Assembly (NCBI GenBank): GCA_905178155.1
Contig: CAJINV010000006.1
Coordinates: 2,830,658 to 2,894,657 of the forward strand
From: Amoebophrya sp. A120
Lineage: Eukaryota > Protista > Dinoflagellata
Length of the DNA: 64,000 nucleotides
Direction: 5' to 3'
In this document: positions 33,001 through 41,393 of the stretch, piece after piece
Layout: the number at the start of each line of letters is the position of its first letter
Numbering within the stretch: position 1 is the stretch's first letter
The notes under the pieces: model-generated
What the model was told of the DNA's origin: nothing
The model's database searches: none
What the model saw: only the letters and a program-made list of their open reading frames with translations
Position numbers and translations under genes: made by a program

Positions 33001-34319
33001 GTTCCGCATCACAAGTTTCCAGACGTCCAGGGATCATATTTGCATTCGATACTAGCGCTGATGCTGTCCGTATGGAGAGAAAAAAGTTTGTCGGAGTCAC
33101 TAACTTGCAGGCTTTGGAATACAAATTTTTTTAGCGTCGCAGCTGTTCCTTGTATTGCAGAAACACTAGGGAGCAAATCCTTTATGAAGTTTGGCTGTGA
33201 TGCATTTTTACGCATGACAGAAAGTTTTGTATTGCAAAAATGCGCATGAGTGATCGCGACGAAACTTTTTTGTTTGATAGTCCGACACATTTCGGCACTT
33301 GCTCTTCGTCGACATTTATCAACTGCAAAAGTGTCTGGGTCTGGAAGGTTGCAACTTGTCATGCTGTTTTTGGACTCTAAAAAAATTTGTATTGCATGAC
33401 CAGCAAGAGGGGTGCAGTTTGTGCTACACGGACAGGGCATTTCTCATGCGGAAGATGCATCAGGAAGCCCTCTAAAAGTCTGCGATGCTAGGTCATGCAT
33501 TACAGGCGTCATGGGTCATGAGAAATATGCATGACAAATCTTGCATTCTTCCAGACCCAGACATTTTGGCATTTGATAACATTGTGGCGGCGCGGATCGG
33601 TATGCAAAGAAAAAAGTGCTGCAGTTCTTACACATCGTGTTGCAGAACGCGCAACAAGACGGACACCCTTTGTCATGCCGGAATAAAGGCATGCGAGCCT
33701 CTTTTCATACGTGTTTTATTCCCTTAGGATCTTTGCATTGTAAGTTTTCATGATCTCTGCAAAAGTGCAGAGCAAGTTTGTGTTGCTGAAGTTGCATACA
33801 AATACAATGTAAGAACTGTAACACTTTTTTCGTGTGATACTCGGCAAAGTAATAAAGCTGCGACGGGAGGCGGAGGGGTTCAGGAGATTTGGGTCTGTCG
33901 GGACGAAGATGGTGCCGAGTAACCCAAAGTACCGCATGCCCCCCTTTTTTGTGAAAACTTACCACCCGCTATTTCACTGAAGAATGCCCCCACTCCCGAA
34001 TTTGCAAAAGTTTGTCATGCAAAGTTTCCAAATGAAAGCTTTTTGTCTTGCATGAAAGGATTGCGAGCCTTTCTGATGCAGAATCTAGGTGCGCAAGGTG
34101 CATTGTGCATAACAGATCCGGCTGCTGTTGGGCCCCTTCGCAACACAAATTTGAGCTATTCAGCATGGAAAATTTGCGATGCTGAGGTATACAACAAGAC
34201 GGGAAATGTTTCTATTGGAAAGGTTTGCAATACAAATGCTGCCAAGTGTGGGGTGGGGACATTTTTCATTGTAATACCCGCCCGCGGACTCGATACGGGT
34301 AAGGGGGGTGTATGGGTGA
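6073..34319 (+). CDS. Host gene 2: single-domain 6-TM voltage-gated-channel-superfamily (Ion_trans) protein with long low-complexity N-terminus and C-terminal EF-hand; 37 introner introns plus 5 GT-AG introns
   Basis: Spliced by hand from ATG 6073. S1 FNRFLLLVIIASLVIVGLEAD, S2 YFLMELVCFFIFCFEAISRF, S3 ALMLNALDVYHF, S4 LKMGYVIRFIRFFQSR, S5 LGWCMMLILLFVNVMSIFY, pore YWGVSIRSFGSLFQIVVFDKGVFAGIIRPM, S6 FFFVYMIGTLGLIQVLAGSIV, EF-like LDRLGNGDVSVQEFLGACSRLHG. GT-AG introns at 11285-11396, 12413-12563, 13196-13313, 30325-30495, 32555-32727. 3' end uncertain (may extend to ~34700). Confidence 0.85.
6919..7243. mobile_element. Introner, TATCA(c)AAGGAAAAATCCCCCCTCCCCATAT family (~320 bp)
   Basis: Perfect TSD caaaa. 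Siblings at 8869-9184, 48045-48366, 50443-50763, 54757-55080, 56093-56413, 57323-57641, 59091-59403. Confidence 0.9.
8244..8496. mobile_element. Introner, most abundant family, TATnnnnTGYAAAWATGTCTGGGTCTGGAA TIR
   Basis: Perfect TSD cgcga. Same TIR at 7311, 8543, 10298, 10956, 12009, 12611, 13793, 31349, 32292, 32775, 33317, 34369, 50866, 52884, 53392, 54051, 55139, 55464, 57678, 61198. Confidence 0.92.
9928..10212. mobile_element. Introner, TATCCTGWGYAAAAACGTCCYCACCCC family
   Basis: Perfect TSD gatga. Siblings at 29503-29782, 31940-32225, 53704-53944, 56707-56989. Confidence 0.88.
13456..13656. mobile_element. Introner, TATGAnAGTGCACAACTCCCCCTCCCC family
   Basis: Perfect TSD tctgc. Siblings at 49797-50019, 58167-58397, 61717-61941; diverged at 30557-30846, 51771-52795, 62278-62541. 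Confidence 0.85.
14499..17579 (+). CDS. LINE A polyprotein, N-terminal part: Cys/His zinc-finger-like region, APE endonuclease, start of RT
   Basis: Motifs LDETN, IIGDLNARH, PDVM, SDHC, KSPGCDG, FRPVSLLSVYAKVWE. Continues in frame at 24058 after removal of element B and one TSD. Confidence 0.88.
17580..17600 (+). other. Dinoflagellate spliced leader (DinoSL) copy CCGTAGCCATTTTGGCTCAAG at the exact 5' end of LINE B
   Basis: Perfect match to the canonical DCCGTAGCCATTTTGGCTCAAG (D = A17579, shared with the TSD). Confidence 0.95.
18008..19231 (+). CDS. LINE B ORF1, basic/acidic protein, presumed nucleic-acid chaperone
   Basis: 407-aa ORF with Lys-rich termini, upstream of ORF2 inside the TSD-bounded element; no domain recognised. 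Confidence 0.75.
   Translation: MAKGDPKNHAPRGSSPAGSAKGKQTSDKGKGKKKGKGKATTTSSTSTKDYDRLKLDVAQLKANHILMVKGLEGIETFSDWKERKLEEEQGLEIPNITKAKTQNSPGPLRVKAAASSSSSSNMKKPAVTIEDPITHMEAGARYALWKDGILKKCASAAGNAWVHTGEPLRYLEEQDDGKMKLVEHKTMVYGDSDKEESYRLAQEMKACFSAIKPDHVRTIAVHKSGWVEILCKGNTKVFDLNCLVQSSSDNVTKMYLQDLQVKEYIVRSAKDFERYMRKLQNRADKDLQKASEAETQGGQEKEQQNENKAGDEEMDDDDEQSPSGSPAGDEEMLEEMEDGQVRVKRRKKSKDKSKKDKNNKGLVKKDTDAKDGKKAARIEKRVVLGGAAVAKGITGRSPGGISGAGGQ
19936..23928 (+). CDS. LINE B ORF2: APE endonuclease + reverse transcriptase
   Basis: GTFNVLTL, LQET, SVYAPT, GGDHN, SDHRMV; NWRPIAL, FIDFQKAFDS, GIRQGSALSPLLF, YVDD, FKYLG. First in-frame ATG at 19936 (frame open from 19828). Confidence 0.95.
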   Translation: MAQGGSSASRRSSSMQNSFRPSGTSPHAVAPQSAPTPGAFPGVGSSAGRRGAAGSASTGWGEPGRDWGSNAAKRTLRFGTFNVLTLGRREEQRDRWPVELLTLIEDAKRQGLDILLLQETRIRAWLTGEQWPGGYRAYGGGASPNAAGAAIGGTVILVRAGVRVADVSVEQQERMMRVSIKCQYGKMLHILSVYAPTNTADPEKKQKYYEMLDRELGAFSKHDIVVLGGDHNCELGNPEIELINAGLPYAVGKCGLTSDFVVESDNKQRLHELAAARQLVDLSSLHKKPWRERFTFTGKWTSEERRQREYDRFLVSHRDRGLFQKLKVIKGTLTHSDHRMVVMEMKLGAIKKPSSRKIPPQIIRSKEKAEQASKRLAVKYTPEVLEQIENGPTSAGAWWTEFEKDLGATLEKLRKLAPASGPQKPWISEDTWNKIEERRKAKASGAGKVTKLTREINKLVKADKAAWVQNKIETLKQADACGNTKVVFDTVRQLAGRGRKRPQELPGPAKVWTDFWGDIFGKPRPQPPDEVRQTKTWKRCEREIERNEPGPTWCEGLDAVPSRDEVAAALKELKAGRAFAGPIPAEFAKECDTVKSVLAALVRRIFAGEKIPEEWGEAVVAMLHKDGVQANPANWRPIALITLGEKLLGLVILRRIEADAGKKLDPRQKGCRRGLSCRHAVFELLRDVERSNKEGRRALYAFIDFQKAFDSLSWDVMFTVLRLQGVPENICRIIYNMYEQNAKVTIRLGEGKHAPTFRQRSGIRQGSALSPLLFAICVDWALAQFIATMVEEQKWTREQAEAQALAWLGYVDDLVVKDSNAKDLEFALQELSSACRFIGLELNTKKTKVLAVNPEVEERKNPSAKMERCQHDGDWGWMIEWSGKDWNNQWKEEAGRLKMAGLGDLAPTHLVVWDTPSRGVTAVTLKQSGWALTNEGESIRLMRLGQIRHVIADKNAHECPKCGDILPDATALHFHTATGFCRPNKTMQELRTLRIGRQVEQKNKQAQKPTAVQEGKPVRHLGKAIEQVASFKYLGTEIALDGSTDAETTRRCAIALGVVQQLSPIWRDKTIPLYLKSDLFRSLSLSVAMYNSECWAISSAAATQLRRYQDSALRHVLGGHYKNQEKNRLQLCTDLGVQPLEVEVATRRLGWVAHTCRGDEAEGSVSRIEKELFCKSIWGRQLEDDFYMFGLTMQTLKETKPTAVALRATLAKRKPVKPIKKQRGAVAGRPKTEKRTAMEEERQRRLEQQRRETDEANKKLLSQINGKVWEKQSRSKYNFSVLADSGERISFRVTSFFFCENAGMEEATVLGHTFQQNNATKAWTAANPIV
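24058..26646 (+). CDS. LINE A polyprotein, C-terminal part: RT core, RNase H, CCHC finger
   Basis: RT motifs AGFDVVSH, GMPQGSPYS, QFSDD; RNase H ATDG..DAE..FLDS..WTPGHAGQLANDCAD; CKMC..DHALFEC. Reconstructed ORF is about 1889 aa. Confidence 0.88.
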   Translation, partial: AIQDRRLCLWLEGYQWNGKSRIENSSPKLPLYSLAYRKNFCKEFGAISILEYLFSEEGLKTKGMRKFLLLNDNEAGFDVVSHEKLLETMHELEVPEDIAAATVQWLSYRTVRIKTGNRYWYLSPGMPQGSPYSGGCFNVHNTPLIQTMAQLNEDGTQTQFSDDNSQCGTGDMEAVTKLKKDLVRTGRKKFIFFEETKSEAVFYDVGVDKKVEVSEASRSLGFFYDGTWDFSSHYEIMRKKMIQENTSVARLKNLRLTAKIDTYVSIVYSAILSNSIPFFHYFKKQNKLQIKKDTAKFLKGHAMLPKQTPNTILHHCAGIPDIHTLFVVENLMLFYKGAQLKLWPRQKEPCEEVKAMFRQTDSSDPAKFLLGMDKKHATWTDTIRHMAKTGFPDVRSHFGHERLYIGKIFWRGVNLDAKSMDRVGTDMGLGKLSGKQGKELDEARGKVARAHNALVRGLIRKSQGNLVTATDGLVDKERNLGVGAGASWWWEPVGDDGTGKLRAEVGEDELPDPIWISGAYIHSPLSDIPTDSFDAECIGLMQQLEKIERQILTHPHLSKMLRNFYFFLDSNSIVQALECYNDGSNEMIHKIMKQMEKLKDACIGEGPNEEEEVWFHFRWTPGHAGQLANDCADLLTNIYKEMWKDGHQDFSDTAARPIYKKMITAPILRRLFLKRILAQNMENCQSPSEYLRERAKSLGGFRPPVGVFPIREAELVYFWVWLGIAPQPHLGCEEIVYEGGKMKQRCKMCNRLCDCAVDHALFECRNVEAPRARHFGFKFCAPTLGRELLQNPRKILKFIIDEATNLTHEYFRDRIGSCIEQVGTKMEKEVKKHEKLPNSYVKACSMSKARVFTDEIPLKYLH
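26991..27342 (+). repeat. Diverged direct duplication (~160-bp unit, 190-bp period) in LINE A 3' region
   Basis: tttgttcg..cacgcc..ctgctacgagg..aaaggtagtcgg at 26991 and 27181. Confidence 0.8.
28743..28862 (+). repeat. A-rich (aaagaaaaatca)n array before the LINE A poly-A tail
   Basis: Directly visible tandem units. Confidence 0.8.
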
Positions 34320-34857
34320 GTGGTTTCACAATTGAGACATTATGACATTATTGTAGCTTACGCTTACCTATCAACTGGAAAAATGTCTGGGTCTGGAAGA
34401 ATTCATGTTTGTCATGCTTGTCTGGCATGACTCTTAAATCTGTCATGCACGTTACCCAAGAGCTTCGTTTTTCTGTGATGCAGAAGCGCAGTTTGTCATG
34501 CAGAATAGGCAACACCTAGGAGCTCAGAAACTTGTCATGCTGAGCCAGCATTTGTAGCCTTATCATGAGACGCCACCCAGCATCACAAGTTCCCAGACCC
34601 AGACACTTTTACATTTGATATTACCGTAGTACTACGGGAAGGACGAACCTGTAGAGGGCGCTCGTGGACGTTTCTAACTTTGACTAAATTCATCTTGAAA
34701 TAAAACACAACATCAGCAAGCTGCAAAAATAAGCAACGAAAGTTTATTCAGTATACCAAAGCACCAGAAGCTTTTTATCTCAACATTCTCTATCACGACA
34801 CACGACCGCAACCATGAGTATTCTTTGCCGTTTGTACAATTTTTCCCACCGATAAGG

Positions 34858-36395
34858 TTGCGTCACTTTTTTTACAACTAACTCGTAGCTATTTTTAGAG
34901 ACATATCTACCCCGGTAGATCATTTTCGAGGAGTGACTGGAGGGAGTTTTCCCCCTGAACTCTTTGCGTATGGGCTGGCAGATCCCTAGAAGCTGATGCC
35001 TGGAGTTATTGGTCTTCCGCCCCTTTGAGTGGGGTTGTTGGAAGGAGCCAAAGCAGACGCTGTCTGCCGTTTGCGATTTTGGATTGCGCTGTGAAGGATT
35101 CATTTCTTTTCTTAGCGCAGGGCCAGTGAGGGCCTCCCCCAGCGGGGGGATGTTTGCGGTAGCGTCGGGCCAGTGAGGGCAATGCCAGTGAGGGCCTCCC
35201 CCAGCGGGGGGAAGTTTGCGGTGTTCTATAGCCAGTGAGGGCAATGCCAGTGAGGGCCTCCCCCAGCGGGGGGAAGTTTGCAGTGTTCTATAGCCAGTGA
35301 GGGCAATGCCAGTGAGGGCCACCCCCAGCGGGGGGAAGTTTGCGTTGTTCTATAGACTCGCTTTGCTGCTGCTCAGGCTAAATACAGCGCCCGCTTGGGC
35401 TCCTCCGCTGCTACTGTCCCTGCCCCCGTTGCTGCAACCTCTGGTCGCAGCGCGCGGCCGGCGGCGCCTTCTTGCCTTCATTTTCCACCTCTCGAGGCGG
35501 CCCTCCCTAGTAGAGAGGAGCGGACGTTTGCCCGGGGACAGGGGTGCGTCAACATTTTCTCGCTCGGGACGTTTTGGCGTATATATTGCTCTTGCCCCAC
35601 CACTGGAATCTTGCTTGTAGCCTGGGTCCTTTATTTCGCTTGCGTTAGTTTCCGCTGCTAGGGACTACGGGTAGGTGGCCCTAGGGTCTAAGCTGGAGGA
35701 AGGTTTTGGTTTTGGGGACCAAGGTTAGGTCTTGGGGACTACGTCGCTATCTATGCTTCGGGCTCACCTCCTCGGGGGTCGGTTTTCTTCGCCGCCAACA
35801 CTCTCTGAGGCACAGTTCTCTTGCAGCGGCATTGTGGAAAGGCCCAGCATGGCCGGGTCTGGTACAGTCTGGCTACTCTCCGTGGCTCCCTTGCGGGGAC
35901 GATTTTTCTTTGACTTTGTGGCCCATGTTTCCTCTCGTCGGAGATGGATTTGGGGCGTGGCTACCCACTAGCCCGGTCCTGCGGTCTGAAAGGCCCACTT
36001 GTCGGGCAGGTTTCGCGTTTTGTTGCTTTTCGAGTTGGACTGGTGTGAGGAGCGTGCTGTGCCTCCTTCTGGGTGTACTTGTAGATGCAGGATTGGTTGC
36101 CCACGGGTGGGCAGCGGGTTTCCGGCATAGCTAGCTTGGGCGTTGTGATTTTCGAAGCCACTGCTATTCATACATTCCAAATGGCTGCGATGCCTCCCCG
36201 CAGGCGGGCGCGCGGGTCTGGGTTGTTAGTTTCTTGCTCCAGCTTGTAGGAGCTAGTGAGTCCATGCACAGTGGCGGCCTGCCCGTTACGATGCCGCACG
36301 TTGCTCACCGTATCAATTCACTGCTGTACGCCTTGGGGGCGCTTGTCTTGTTATATTGCGTCACTTTTTTTACAACTAACTCGTAGCTATTTTTA
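34858..36395. mobile_element. 1.46-kb insertion-like segment flanked by a perfect 40-bp direct repeat
   Basis: ttgcgtcactttttttacaactaactcgtagctattttta at 34858-34897 and 36356-36395. Confidence 0.65.
35122..35354. repeat. 62-bp tandem repeat, ~3.7 copies
   Basis: gccagtgagggcaatgccagtgagggcctccccagcggggggaagtttgcggtgttctata-type unit at 35169, 35231, 35293; partial copy from 35122. Confidence 0.9.
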
Positions 36396-37205
36396 AATGC
36401 AATTGAAACCAAAGGAAAACGAAATATAGCAAAAGAAGCAAACATCTATAGACACTCGAACATCACGAGGCACAAATGATTCAAATTTTATACCTGTTTA
36501 CAGCAGAAGATAGCAAAAGAAGTGAAGAAGTGATTGAACAACGAACCTCAGACGTTTGTAAGATTATTAGTACAGGAGTACGAATTTTTTAGATTCCAAG
36601 AAAATGATATATACTTCGGCAAATAGGCAGCAACAACCGACGGTTGAAGCACGAGTTGCAGCGGAGCTATTGCTATAACTTGATGCGACCTGCTGTTTGA
36701 AATGCAAATGTAACATCAATTTCGATAAAATCCAAAGGCGAGGGGACGTCGGAGTAAACCAGTGGAGCAATTACTGTGTCGAAACCGCCTCCCTGACGCT
36801 TACAACTCTGGGGGCTTTTTTACAACAACCCTGTATGAAGACCAAAGAACCATTTTTCCCGATGTAGAATCAAAATGAGAAGCAGAAGGCATAAAGGGAA
36901 AAAAAAATGTTGAAATGGTCGCATCAACCAAGACACAGTAGCAGGATTTTCGAGTCGTCCTGTACCTGTTCTCGAAAGCATTCTGTCAGCACGGGAGTAA
37001 TTCTTTTCCGAAAAAGTCTAAAACCTTTTGTCCAAGCTGCAGACCGAAAATTATTGGTTAGTAATCAAGGCTGAAAACAGATCATATAGGTAAGGGATTG
37101 ATAGCTAGTTCAAGCCATCAGTAGCTGGCTGAACTTTTGTGAGAAATTTTTTCTCCCCCCACATACCCACCCCTTGTAGTTCGTCCATAGGCAAGTACAC
37201 CTAAA

Positions 37206-39062
37206 ATGCGCACCGCGAAACAGAAGTACCGCGCGGAGCATGTGCGGCCAGAAGTACCAGTGCCGCCGCCTCTGCCTCCGCAGTTGTCAGTCTTTCTGAA
37301 TGACCCCCGGGCAATAGTAGTAAAGCGCCCTCCCATCCCACCGCCGCCACAACCAAAAAGCGCGGCAGCCTCGTCGAGTGGTAGTAGTAGTAGCACTGGG
37401 CTGGAGCCAGCACTAAAAAAGCAGTCGTATACAAGAGAAGGTCGCGACCAGTGTGGCCAGACCAACGCAAGCAGTAAAACAAAAAGCCTGGGCAGCGTTG
37501 CGCCGTCCTCCAGTTTAGGTTTGCTGGAGGACATTGTCCCTGCGGCACTAGCCGCCGCGCATTTTAACTCGGAGCAGAATAAAAGTTTCTCCTTCGAGCA
37601 GGCGAGTGGGGCGTCCTCGCTACAGCTACAGCACACTAGTGCGGATGGACTTACTTCACTTAGCTTCAAGACCAGCAGTAGCTACACAAGAGCTACGCTC
37701 GGCCAGTCCAGTAGTAGCTCACTGCAAGCCTCATCTCGGTCGAAAAAGGAAACTCAGCCGGGAGCGCCGCAGCATGAGGGCAAGCTGGCACGGCTCGGGC
37801 TCAAAGAAAAGTCTGACATTTCGGCGCAAGCAGCTCCGAATAAATTTAGTACCATCTGGAATAGGGATGGAGAAATGGCAAGAGCGGCGGTGGCAGATAA
37901 CCTGCCCGGTAGGCTAATAGTTAACAAGTCCAGGCGCCCAGAGCTCCCGCCGTGCTCTTGGGCGGAAGCAGTTAAGCGGATGCAGTTAGAAGTTCAGCGG
38001 GACAAAGCGGATGGCCGCCTCTCTCATCCCGAAGGGGGGTCACGGTGGAAGGGCCATCTTCAGCAAATCATCAACCTTTCCTGGGCACAGCTGCCGCGTA
38101 GCATCGATCACAGATGCAACGAGAAGTCGCTGAAGAGTTACAAAAGAGTGTACTCCAAGTACGTCGAGCTGCTGATAGAGTGCGACTTAGACCCGAGGGT
38201 GGTGACGCCCTATGCGGTGGAGCTCTTAGGCGACGCCTTCCTCTACTGCAGCGATTTTAGACAATCGCGGGCCGTCTACATGTCCTACGTCAAAAGTGTG
38301 TTGGACAAGCTGCGGCCCCTAGCGCCGGAGGTTGCGGCAGCCTTCCGCACCCACAGCGGGATGTTGAGACAGGTGGCCGAGAAGCCGCACTCGGAGGTTG
38401 GCTTTCGCCTTTCGCATGTCTTGCACTTCGTTGAGGTTGCCGAAGCGTGCAAGACGGCGAAGTTCGATTTAGGTGGAGGACTGAAGCTGCCGGTCAAGTT
38501 TTTCGTTGAGTGGCTAATCGCGGCCTGGTTCTGCATGCTGAGGCCGGAGGAGTTGGTCCTCACGGATAGAATCACGTCGATTGACGACGCGGCGATAAAA
38601 TACGTCGTGACATCCACGAAGACGGATCAAGTAGGGCACGGGCGCGAGGTCCCGTTCGAATGTTGCTGCGGAGATTTTCCGAGCAATTTTAACTTTGTGC
38701 CGGTGTGCCCGGTACATTGCCTTTCGACGGACGCGTCGAACCAGATGCGACGTGTGCGGCCCCAGCAGTACGCACACTGCCTTGACGAACTTCTAGGACT
38801 CGCGGGCATAGCGAACCCCGCGGTGGAAGGATTACGTGGGCGCAAGGCTTTCAACCCAAGGAGCTGGCGCGTAGGAGGCGCCATGAGCGCTGCCGACGCG
38901 GGTGAAAGTGACGAGAAGATTATGCACATTGGAGGGTGGCAGGCAATTGCCTCCGCCCAGCGGTACCGCAACCAGGCGGTTACTTCTCCCGATAGCGTTT
39001 GTCTCCCGCGTTGGCCTATTATGCGGCCGACATGCATTAGCACCGGGATGAAGCGAAACTGA
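37206..39062 (+). CDS. Tyrosine recombinase of a DIRS-like retroelement
   Basis: MLRPEE (R), STKTDQVGHG (K), PRSWRVGGA (H/R-x-x-R), IGGW (W), AQRY (Y); low-complexity N-terminus. Confidence 0.88.
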   Translation: MRTAKQKYRAEHVRPEVPVPPPLPPQLSVFLNDPRAIVVKRPPIPPPPQPKSAAASSSGSSSSTGLEPALKKQSYTREGRDQCGQTNASSKTKSLGSVAPSSSLGLLEDIVPAALAAAHFNSEQNKSFSFEQASGASSLQLQHTSADGLTSLSFKTSSSYTRATLGQSSSSSLQASSRSKKETQPGAPQHEGKLARLGLKEKSDISAQAAPNKFSTIWNRDGEMARAAVADNLPGRLIVNKSRRPELPPCSWAEAVKRMQLEVQRDKADGRLSHPEGGSRWKGHLQQIINLSWAQLPRSIDHRCNEKSLKSYKRVYSKYVELLIECDLDPRVVTPYAVELLGDAFLYCSDFRQSRAVYMSYVKSVLDKLRPLAPEVAAAFRTHSGMLRQVAEKPHSEVGFRLSHVLHFVEVAEACKTAKFDLGGGLKLPVKFFVEWLIAAWFCMLRPEELVLTDRITSIDDAAIKYVVTSTKTDQVGHGREVPFECCCGDFPSNFNFVPVCPVHCLSTDASNQMRRVRPQQYAHCLDELLGLAGIANPAVEGLRGRKAFNPRSWRVGGAMSAADAGESDEKIMHIGGWQAIASAQRYRNQAVTSPDSVCLPRWPIMRPTCISTGMKRN

Positions 39063-40173
39063 CTACACTACACATTGAAACTTCGCACAGTTTCGCACGA
39101 AACTATCATGAAAAAGAAATTTCCCGGTGTGTTAGTGGATTCGGCCGCTCCCTAAAGGCCTCAATGACTAGCCGGAGGCCTTTGTTGGTAAACCTTAGTA
39201 GTGGTTTCCGATCCTCACCTGCAAGAAGTCAGGTGTTTGTGTTTCTTCTGCATAGGGCCTGTAACTCTGTGTGCCACTGCAGAAGCTACTAGTCGTTTCA
39301 GATCTCGATCCCCAGTAGCCAGTGAGGAAAATTGGTAATAGTTTTCAGCCTTGATTACTTGATGTTAGCCATCTACGATCTCGCGCATAGGTGTCGGTAA
39401 CCACATGACCTATGCCAGTTTTTGTTTTCGGTCCTCGGCATCACTCGTTAAGCTGAATATAGTCGGGGGACAGCCATTTTTGCTGGATTTTGCCGGAAAG
39501 TGTTGGAATACTTTCGTCTCCGCACTGAGAAACCGGCTTCGGTTCAGGGTCTCGGTCACTTGTGCAGGCTGTCGTGCGCCATGACGCTGGGCGTGTTAGT
39601 TTCAGTGTGGGGTGAATGATGTAAGTTTCGGTATCCTGCTCTATTTTTGTCATACGGACTAAAAATTTTGTCAACGTCAATCGGTCAATATGAGAACGCT
39701 GAGTTGCGGCGCAGGAAGATAGTCTCGATTAGGTGTAGCCAGCATTGAAACACCAAGAAGCACCTCTTTCTGATGGCGCGCTGCAAGTGATAAGTCGCAA
39801 GCTAGTAACAGCCTTCAGTTCCCACGCCCAGCACTATTATCTTTGCAAATTTTAAAAGCTCCTGCAAGATATTTATAAAGCCAAAACGTAGATCTAGATC
39901 CAAAATCTCCACACTAACAGCCCCGACAAGTGAAATCGCCTGCAGTTGTAATCTTTAGTGCGTGCGAAGTGTCCTTTCATACCAAGAGAAGCATCAAAAA
40001 GTTTTCTCTTCTAGTCATTTAGCTCCATTCATCATTCCAGGGACATACTTGTTTATCATTTTCACCTTCGCTTCGCCAGTACTTGCTAGACCTCTCAGAC
40101 TTCCTTCCGAAGTTCGTTTCCCTTCCAGACATCGGAGTTCAAGTTTTATACCTTTCTTTCCGTCGGAAACAGG

Positions 40174-41040
40174 ATGGCAGCCGCTAACCAGCATGTCGCG
40201 GAACACTTGGACCGCCAGGTCCGCGCCCAAGCGGAAGCCGGGATTGGTTTCCCCACGGCGGCTCAGCAGCAGCAGTTAGACAACTCGCTGCAGGACATTC
40301 GTGAGAAATGTGATAGCAAGCAGTTTCTCTACATGCAGTCCCTGTTCGAGTCGGGTCGTCTCCACCATGCTATGTCCGGCGACGTCATGAAAATCGCGCC
40401 CACCGAAGCTTACGCGGCGGTGCGGGTTGTCGGCATTTTGGGAAACCGGGAGACGACTACGGGCCAGAAACAGGTGACCGAGAAACTCACCGGGAGTTTG
40501 AAGGTCGGGGTGGCGGCCGATACTCTCCCGAAGGAAAAAGTCTATGAAATTTTCAATGAACAGTGGAAGTTGGCGCTGGACCCCACCTGCCTGCCGGTGG
40601 TGGACGCCCTGCCGGCGAATACTTTTCGGGCGCGTCGTTATAACGCGGCGATCGTGAGTGAACTCGGTCCGGCTTTTCAAACGGCGATCGCCGGAGAAAT
40701 CCGCGCCCTGAAGTCGTTGGAGGTTCTGCAGGAGAAAATCGATAAGCAGGAGAAGAAATTGCAGGAGGTAATTACTGCTACCAATAACATGAACAAGCGC
40801 CGCCTCACTTTGGCGGATGCTGATGATAAGGCCAAGCGCTTGAAGAATAAGGGCGACGGAAAAGGTAGAGCCATGGTATGCTTAAAGTGGATGCAGGGCC
40901 AGTGTTCCAAATCTGGCCCCTGCCCCGACAAGCAGCAGCACGGGGGGGATCTCGATAAGTTGTCCTTTCTGAACAAGAGATTTCTTAACTCCCGCCTTTC
41001 TGGTGAGGAATTGTTGAAGCTCTCGAAACAACAGCCATAG
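40174..41040 (+). CDS. Gag-like ORF with coiled coil and C-terminal CCCH-type finger
   Basis: 288 aa; CLKWMQGQCSKSGPCPDKQQH; intronless; lies between the YR and RT ORFs. Confidence 0.6.
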   Translation: MAAANQHVAEHLDRQVRAQAEAGIGFPTAAQQQQLDNSLQDIREKCDSKQFLYMQSLFESGRLHHAMSGDVMKIAPTEAYAAVRVVGILGNRETTTGQKQVTEKLTGSLKVGVAADTLPKEKVYEIFNEQWKLALDPTCLPVVDALPANTFRARRYNAAIVSELGPAFQTAIAGEIRALKSLEVLQEKIDKQEKKLQEVITATNNMNKRRLTLADADDKAKRLKNKGDGKGRAMVCLKWMQGQCSKSGPCPDKQQHGGDLDKLSFLNKRFLNSRLSGEELLKLSKQQP

Positions 41041-41393
41041 ATCGAGCCCTTTTGTATGTTGTACTTAGACTATATCGCGATCGGGTTTTTAATCTTGAAG
41101 TTAGTATTTTGGTAGTAAGGTTCTCGAGCATCAGAAGCCGCTCGCATTTATGCAGTGGCACGCTGATTCAGACACGCAGTCGAATCTTTGACACCAAGAA
41201 AATTGAATGATGGACAAGCAGTACACCACGATATGCAAACATCCTGCCCGCCCCATTGTAACGAAATTAAAACAATTTAGAAAGGAATGCTAGCTCCAAG
41301 GAGCGTACCTAAAACCAGGGCTATAGGGTATGGACGCAAGACGATAATGAACTAGATGAAGAGCAGAGCCACGCGCCTGATTAGAGGACACAT

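Noticed and set aside
6073-34319. Channel genes as TE-riddled pseudogenes
   Set aside because: The frame and transmembrane motifs stay intact across more than 40 junctions with no internal stops, implying selection; expression itself is unverified.
37206-39062. Phage integrase or bacterial contamination
   Set aside because: Linked to a DIRS-type RT/RNase H within continuous eukaryotic intron-rich sequence; no phage genes nearby.
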